A DNA stretch of 64,000 nucleotides from an uncultured virus (IMG/VR IMGVR_UViG_3300031758_003913) (taxonomy: Duplodnaviria > Heunggongvirae > Uroviricota > Caudoviricetes), in IMG/VR virus record IMGVR_UViG_3300031758_003913, positions 1-64,000 of that record; one strand, given 5' to 3'. The notes beneath the pieces were generated by a model. It was not told where the DNA came from, searched no databases, and saw only the letters and a list, made by a program, of their open reading frames with translations. Of the stretch, positions 59,312 to 64,000 are shown piece by piece. Position numbers and translations under genes: made by a program. The stretch's first letter is position 1, and every line of letters starts with the position of its first letter.

Positions 59312-60599
59312 ATTGCATTTCTTTGAAAAGGTCGTAAAATTTCCAAGTGTGTTTTTTATCATAAAACTTTTTCTTATTGGCCTCGATAAATGGTTTTGTT
59401 AAAATTATACGATCATTAATTTCTTCTTTAGACAATTTAGATAATCTGTCAACTTCAGTCATTATTAAATTTAATTTAATTTTTAAATCACTAACACTAT
59501 CATATGTTTCATTAAACAGATCTACATAACTAAAATATCCTTCGTTATTAAGATAACGCATAGTAGATAAACTTCCTACTACCATAAAAGGATAACCTTG
59601 AGCAATAGCGTTCCATATATTTGGCGATACCCATAGTGCATTTGTTTCTGACAGATACGTTTTATCCATCATAGGTGTGAACGGCTCTGCTACAATTGCA
59701 AATAGACTGTCTTCTAATGACTCCGATATATTTGCGATAGTTGTCTCAGATGATAATAAATTATTAATTATATCTTTTTTTGACTGTTTGTTATTTAACA
59801 ATGACTCATTAGTAAATATTTTACTATCTAAATTTAGATTTTTGTTTTTCTTAACATTAAATTCATAGCAACCTTTATCTAATAATTCTCTAGATTCTAG
59901 TTCAGTAATAGTAGCCAGTGAATGCATTGACGATTCACCAGTTAATGCTGTAAATAGTAAACTGGGATTATTCCAATTATTGATATCAAAACTTTCACGC
60001 ACTTCATCATCTAGTAAAAATGTGACCCAATGATAATCAATATTTTGATACTTAGATTTACAAGTTAGTTGATAAGCAATTTGCCACCAATCAATACCAA
60101 ATACTTTAACCTTGTCAAATAATTCCTGATAGGAACAATTAATATCACCGGTTATTAAATAAATTTGATCAGTAGGAACTCCGTTTCGAATTAATACATC
60201 AATTCTTTCTTTAAGATTTTGCATAAAGTTATAATCACCTATCCATTGTTGATAAAGTAATAATAATTTCATTTTTCGTTTTTTAATACGAGTTAATGTC
60301 TTTTCCGGAATAATATCAATAAGACGATTCCGTATTGCTGTTTTTGAAAGCTCCAATGGATAAAATAAATTTGACGCCATATCTCTTTTAGTAAACAAAT
60401 TAACTGTGACTTCGTTTGCCTTCATTACATTATAAAAATACGTAGTTTTAAGGACTTGATCACTGTATTCTAAACTAGACATCACTGGAATATCGTACTG
60501 TTTATTAATTTTATATCGTGTTATGCCGTTAGGAACAGGTATTCCGTTAACAATATTATCGTAATATAAATTAATTGTAGGTCGCAATAGGATCATCAA
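59304..60599 (-). CDS. Divergent member of the ITEK glycosyltransferase-like family
   Basis: FAIVAE...PFMVVG...YL...GY.SY...F.E.YD; ITEK replaced by VSPN. Confidence 0.45.
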   Translation of the reverse strand: MMILLRPTINLYYDNIVNGIPVPNGITRYKINKQYDIPVMSSLEYSDQVLKTTYFYNVMKANEVTVNLFTKRDMASNLFYPLELSKTAIRNRLIDIIPEKTLTRIKKRKMKLLLLYQQWIGDYNFMQNLKERIDVLIRNGVPTDQIYLITGDINCSYQELFDKVKVFGIDWWQIAYQLTCKSKYQNIDYHWVTFLLDDEVRESFDINNWNNPSLLFTALTGESSMHSLATITELESRELLDKGCYEFNVKKNKNLNLDSKIFTNESLLNNKQSKKDIINNLLSSETTIANISESLEDSLFAIVAEPFTPMMDKTYLSETNALWVSPNIWNAIAQGYPFMVVGSLSTMRYLNNEGYFSYVDLFNETYDSVSDLKIKLNLIMTEVDRLSKLSKEEINDRIILTKPFIEANKKKFYDKKHTWKFYDLFKEMQYE

Positions 60600-62019
60600 T
60601 GTTCCTTGAGTCAGGTGTTAACACCCAGCCTTCTTTGTCTGCTAACTCTTTTATTGCTATGTCTGTATCAGGTATAGTATCAATCCAATCTGTTAAAATT
60701 TTAGGAAATACATATATGGATTTTGATCTGCGCTGATCGTACTGCTGATAAAAAGTTTTAAAGTCTCTCCACAGTGTAATAGGATTACTTGTTCTGCGAT
60801 GAGGTGCATCTACTGTAACAAGATAATCAATTAATCTTTCAATACTTGCACGTTCAAATTCGTGCCAACCTGGTAGGTCTTTATTTTGCGCATACCATGT
60901 TGACAGCTTTTTATGGCAATGATCTTTAATATGATTAGGTAGTGCCAACGGACTTTGAAAACTAGGAAATCTTAACAGATTTAAACTAACAGTAGGAGTT
61001 CTACTTTGTGTCATTTCTTTTAGCTGGTACATTTCGTCAAGAAATTCAGTAATACTAAACAAAGATAAACTATTAATAGTCATCATTATGTGTACACCTT
61101 TATAGTTTGCTTCTGTAAGAATTCTTTTTAGATTTGTTTTCCATAGTTGATAATCTAGACCATCACGTATGTATTCTGCTTGATCGCCTACTGCTTCGCA
61201 ACTTGTGTACAAATCAAAGTGTTTAATATTTTTTGATTTAGCAATTAACTTATCTATAATATCAGACTTTGCAATTAAGTTACTGTTAATAGCAAATCTC
61301 ATATCACTGTTTTGCGCTTCAAACCAATCAAATAATTTCCATGTGTTACCACTCATTAGAGGTTCGCCGCCTGTGATTCGTAACTCTTGTAGACTTTCTG
61401 ATAGTCCGTTATCCCACCATTTCCAAAATGCTTGTACATAGGGATTATCTTCATCGTCTTTGTAAGGCTGTGCCCAAGATCCATCGTGATGAAATGCGCC
61501 TGCGCCGTCACTTACAAGATTAATATAAGGACCGTTGTTTTTAATATCCTTTGCCCATGTAGTTGAGAAACTAGCATTACAATATGAACAGGCAAGATTA
61601 CATACCCTATCAAATGCAATTTCAAAAGTTTTTAAATTAGTATTTTCGTTTATGTCTGCATCAAACGCCTGTTGTAGTTCTTCATCAGTATAAATGATAC
61701 TTTTAAATGTTCGATCACTAACAGCATCTTTGCCCATGTCTTCCATTTTCCAACAGTACTCACACTCGCGAGGGCGTTCGCCAGACTGCATCATTCGACG
61801 CATTTCTTTTTTATGTTCAGTATTATGAATAGCAGTGTAATTACGTTTAATTTCCTCTATTGGAATTTTATGTGCTGGAGGATGATGGCAACTTGCTGTG
61901 GTACCACTACCTAGCCATGTAGTAGCATTATACCATTTTGCTCCGCAGAAGCTGGTGCTCTTAGTGTCTAGAACACGTTCTCTATATTGCTTTAAATCTT
62001 CTTCAGGCTTCTTGGGCAT
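60571..62019 (-). CDS. Radical SAM protein with N-terminal twitch domain
   Basis: CGAKW..SCHH..CEYC; CNLACSYC, GGEP. Confidence 0.92.
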   Translation of the reverse strand: MPKKPEEDLKQYRERVLDTKSTSFCGAKWYNATTWLGSGTTASCHHPPAHKIPIEEIKRNYTAIHNTEHKKEMRRMMQSGERPRECEYCWKMEDMGKDAVSDRTFKSIIYTDEELQQAFDADINENTNLKTFEIAFDRVCNLACSYCNASFSTTWAKDIKNNGPYINLVSDGAGAFHHDGSWAQPYKDDEDNPYVQAFWKWWDNGLSESLQELRITGGEPLMSGNTWKLFDWFEAQNSDMRFAINSNLIAKSDIIDKLIAKSKNIKHFDLYTSCEAVGDQAEYIRDGLDYQLWKTNLKRILTEANYKGVHIMMTINSLSLFSITEFLDEMYQLKEMTQSRTPTVSLNLLRFPSFQSPLALPNHIKDHCHKKLSTWYAQNKDLPGWHEFERASIERLIDYLVTVDAPHRRTSNPITLWRDFKTFYQQYDQRRSKSIYVFPKILTDWIDTIPDTDIAIKELADKEGWVLTPDSRNIDDPIATYN

Positions 62020-63385
62020 CCCATTCCTTTAATAAGTTTTTGAATTCAGGAAATATCTTAGTAAACGATTTGTTTCTTCTAAAATTATACTCTTGTATGT
62101 ATCTTACAAAGTCCTGTCTGTGTTCTACTGCTGGTTCTGCTGTGCGTAAGTAATCACAAAATCTTTGTATTTGATCCCATTCTTCTAAATAGATTCGAGC
62201 ATACTTTTCTAAGCTATAATATTTCAGCCATTTTTCACAAGCTACATAGATATCATCTGCATACTGCTGTCTTTCTTCTTTATCTAAAAGAGTGCATTGC
62301 AAATGTGGTGGCCATCTTAGATAATTTATACTGAGCGGAATTCGATTATGTTCAAAGTTTGTATTGTAATCTTTACGTAACTGCATTACTAGTTCTATAA
62401 AATCTACAAAGGTAGGTAAACTTAATATGTTAACAGTGGTCATTATAGCCACTGTTGATTGCGTATTATCTAATACTTTACAAACATTCTGCTGCCATAC
62501 ACTGATGTCTAATCCGTCTCTTGCATATTCTGCCTGAGATCCAGTGCTTTCAAGACTAGTGTAAATATCTAAACGCTTTATCACACCTCGTAAGCTATTA
62601 ATTTTATTAATTAATTTTTCAATTAATACATCAGGCACACACATGTTAGTGTTAATAGCTAATTCTAATTCAGGCTGCGGGTTTTCAATTAAGTAATCTA
62701 ATAATTTCCATAAGTCTTTACTCATAGTTGGTTCACCGCCTGTAATACGCAACACTTTTAAATGCGGTAACGTTTCTGGAAACCATTTCCAGAAAGCGTC
62801 TACATACGGATTCTCATCGTGATGTGCATACGGATAACGTCCCACTTGTTTTAACCAGCCTAAATGATGAGCTCCATTCTTAACTGGGTAAGACCCGTTC
62901 TGTTGTATATCTTCCATCCATTTAGATGAAATTTCAGGACTACAGTAAATACACGCAAAATTACATGCATTGGAAAAACTAATTTCTAAATAACTAGGAT
63001 AAACATTATCATTAGGGTCGCTGTTAGCAATTTGATCAAATTTATCCCATGCCCAGTAATCCGATGTTTTATAATGCCTATCGCTAAAATAATCTTTATT
63101 TAAATCTTCTATGTTCCAACAATAATCACACTCACTAGGTCGCTCGCCTTTGAGCATCAGTTCACGTTGGCTTTTTTTAAATTTACTGTTATGCAATGCC
63201 GCAGGATCTGCTAGTACTTCTTCGAGAGGAATCTTATGAGGAGCAGGATGATGGCAACTGTGATTGTAACCGTTTTGCAGATATAAAGTTGTTTGTAACC
63301 ATTTAGCTGTGCAAAAACTACAACTTACTGAGTTAATTTTATCTCGTTTATCTTTGAGTATTTGTATTTTTTGCTCGTTGCTCAT
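62003..63385 (-). CDS. Radical SAM protein with N-terminal twitch domain, paralog of 60571-62019
   Basis: CTAKW..SCHH..CDYC; CNFACIYC, GGEP. Confidence 0.92.
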   Translation of the reverse strand: MSNEQKIQILKDKRDKINSVSCSFCTAKWLQTTLYLQNGYNHSCHHPAPHKIPLEEVLADPAALHNSKFKKSQRELMLKGERPSECDYCWNIEDLNKDYFSDRHYKTSDYWAWDKFDQIANSDPNDNVYPSYLEISFSNACNFACIYCSPEISSKWMEDIQQNGSYPVKNGAHHLGWLKQVGRYPYAHHDENPYVDAFWKWFPETLPHLKVLRITGGEPTMSKDLWKLLDYLIENPQPELELAINTNMCVPDVLIEKLINKINSLRGVIKRLDIYTSLESTGSQAEYARDGLDISVWQQNVCKVLDNTQSTVAIMTTVNILSLPTFVDFIELVMQLRKDYNTNFEHNRIPLSINYLRWPPHLQCTLLDKEERQQYADDIYVACEKWLKYYSLEKYARIYLEEWDQIQRFCDYLRTAEPAVEHRQDFVRYIQEYNFRRNKSFTKIFPEFKNLLKEWDAQEA

Positions 63386-64000
63386 TTTGCCCTTTTAATT
63401 ATTCTTGGCGTGTTTTGATACACCGTCTTGAAAAATTTTGAACCGTCACTATCAATATTGGAAACTTCTAAACCGCACTTGTGTTTAAGTTCAGTACCTA
63501 ACCAATTAAAATAATCAGAAGTATCTGTTGTAGGACCGTATCCCTTTTCTTTCCAATACTCAGTTAAATATTCAAAGTCGCGCACCTGTGCATAATCCCA
63601 GTCAGTACAATTAGTCATGTAACAACCTTCTCGAGCACCTATTGTACTCCAAATGCCGTTATCAACGTCTACACCAATATTGCACCATATAAGTAATCGT
63701 TGATAATTTTGCCACCACACCTTTTTTATATCAGTAGTTTTAGTGCCTTGGTTGAGGCTCATTTTAACACCTTCGCGGAATCCTGCTCGCCAGGCTTGAA
63801 AAGGTGTTGCATTAGTAAAACTTTCTGAATAACTGTCGTTGAACTGATAATACTTTTCGTCAAAACAAAATTCTACTTTTCCCTTTTCGTCGTCAACTGC
63901 TGAATTTTCGTGTGTACGCATATTATTAACAAATTTACGTGTCCACATTTTTAAACCACCATTGCCATACATAAGGCCGTTGACGTGAACTTTTCCGCAC
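63382..64000 (-). CDS. GT-A-like protein, paralog of 53797-54480 (N-terminus beyond the window edge)
   Basis: Frame open to the edge; VNGLMYGNGGLK and PFQAWRAGFRE match VNDLVYGYGGVK and PFNTWKSAFRE. Confidence 0.6.
   Translation of the reverse strand, partial: CGKVHVNGLMYGNGGLKMWTRKFVNNMRTHENSAVDDEKGKVEFCFDEKYYQFNDSYSESFTNATPFQAWRAGFREGVKMSLNQGTKTTDIKKVWWQNYQRLLIWCNIGVDVDNGIWSTIGAREGCYMTNCTDWDYAQVRDFEYLTEYWKEKGYGPTTDTSDYFNWLGTELKHKCGLEVSNIDSDGSKFFKTVYQNTPRIIKRAK

Noticed and set aside
1..64000. CRISPR array, tRNA, rRNA, transposase or integrase
   Set aside because: No regular repeats, cloverleaf or recombinase motifs seen, and intergenic gaps are mostly under 100 nt; tRNAscan/Infernal were not run
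1..64000. Stop-codon reassignment, as in some large phages
   Set aside because: Genes are full length in code 11, and TAA, TAG and TGA all end genes at sensible operon junctions
22800..64000. RiPP cluster interpretation of the SPASM/twitch radical SAMs
   Set aside because: No precursor peptide, RRE/PqqD domain, peptidase or exporter recognised in the island; not excluded beyond the window edge

Overview
AT-rich, gene-dense, standard-code segment of a large T4-superfamily-like (probably uncultured) dsDNA phage genome. It has three parts. (1) 0.1-16 kb, all + strand: family-B DNA polymerase, a probable sliding clamp, an RNase H/5'-3' exonuclease, and a 7-deazaguanine DNA-modification locus (DpdA/TGT-like, a QueD-like T-fold protein with the LxxxHRHxF signature I associate with DpdL, FolE, QueE), mixed with a GT-B glycosyltransferase, an NDP-sugar epimerase, a PRTase and a HIT protein. 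(2) 16-22.8 kb: hypothetical genes, a MoxR-like AAA+/VWA-metallopeptidase pair and a tail-fibre-like gene. (3) 22.8 kb to the window end: a >41 kb island of tailoring enzymes on both strands, with 15 radical SAM (twitch/SPASM) paralogs, about 10 Fe(II)/2OG-type oxygenases (one fused to a cold-shock domain), an amidinotransferase, a PLP aminotransferase, glycosyltransferase-like, SGNH-like, kinase-like, SDR, methyltransferase, GNAT-like and QueC-like proteins. T4-late-type TAAATA motifs sit at its divergent junctions, often 4-5 nt before an ATG. No tRNA, rRNA, CRISPR array or transposase was recognised. All calls come from reading motifs by eye; no database search was run, and some start codons were shifted from the ORF track.
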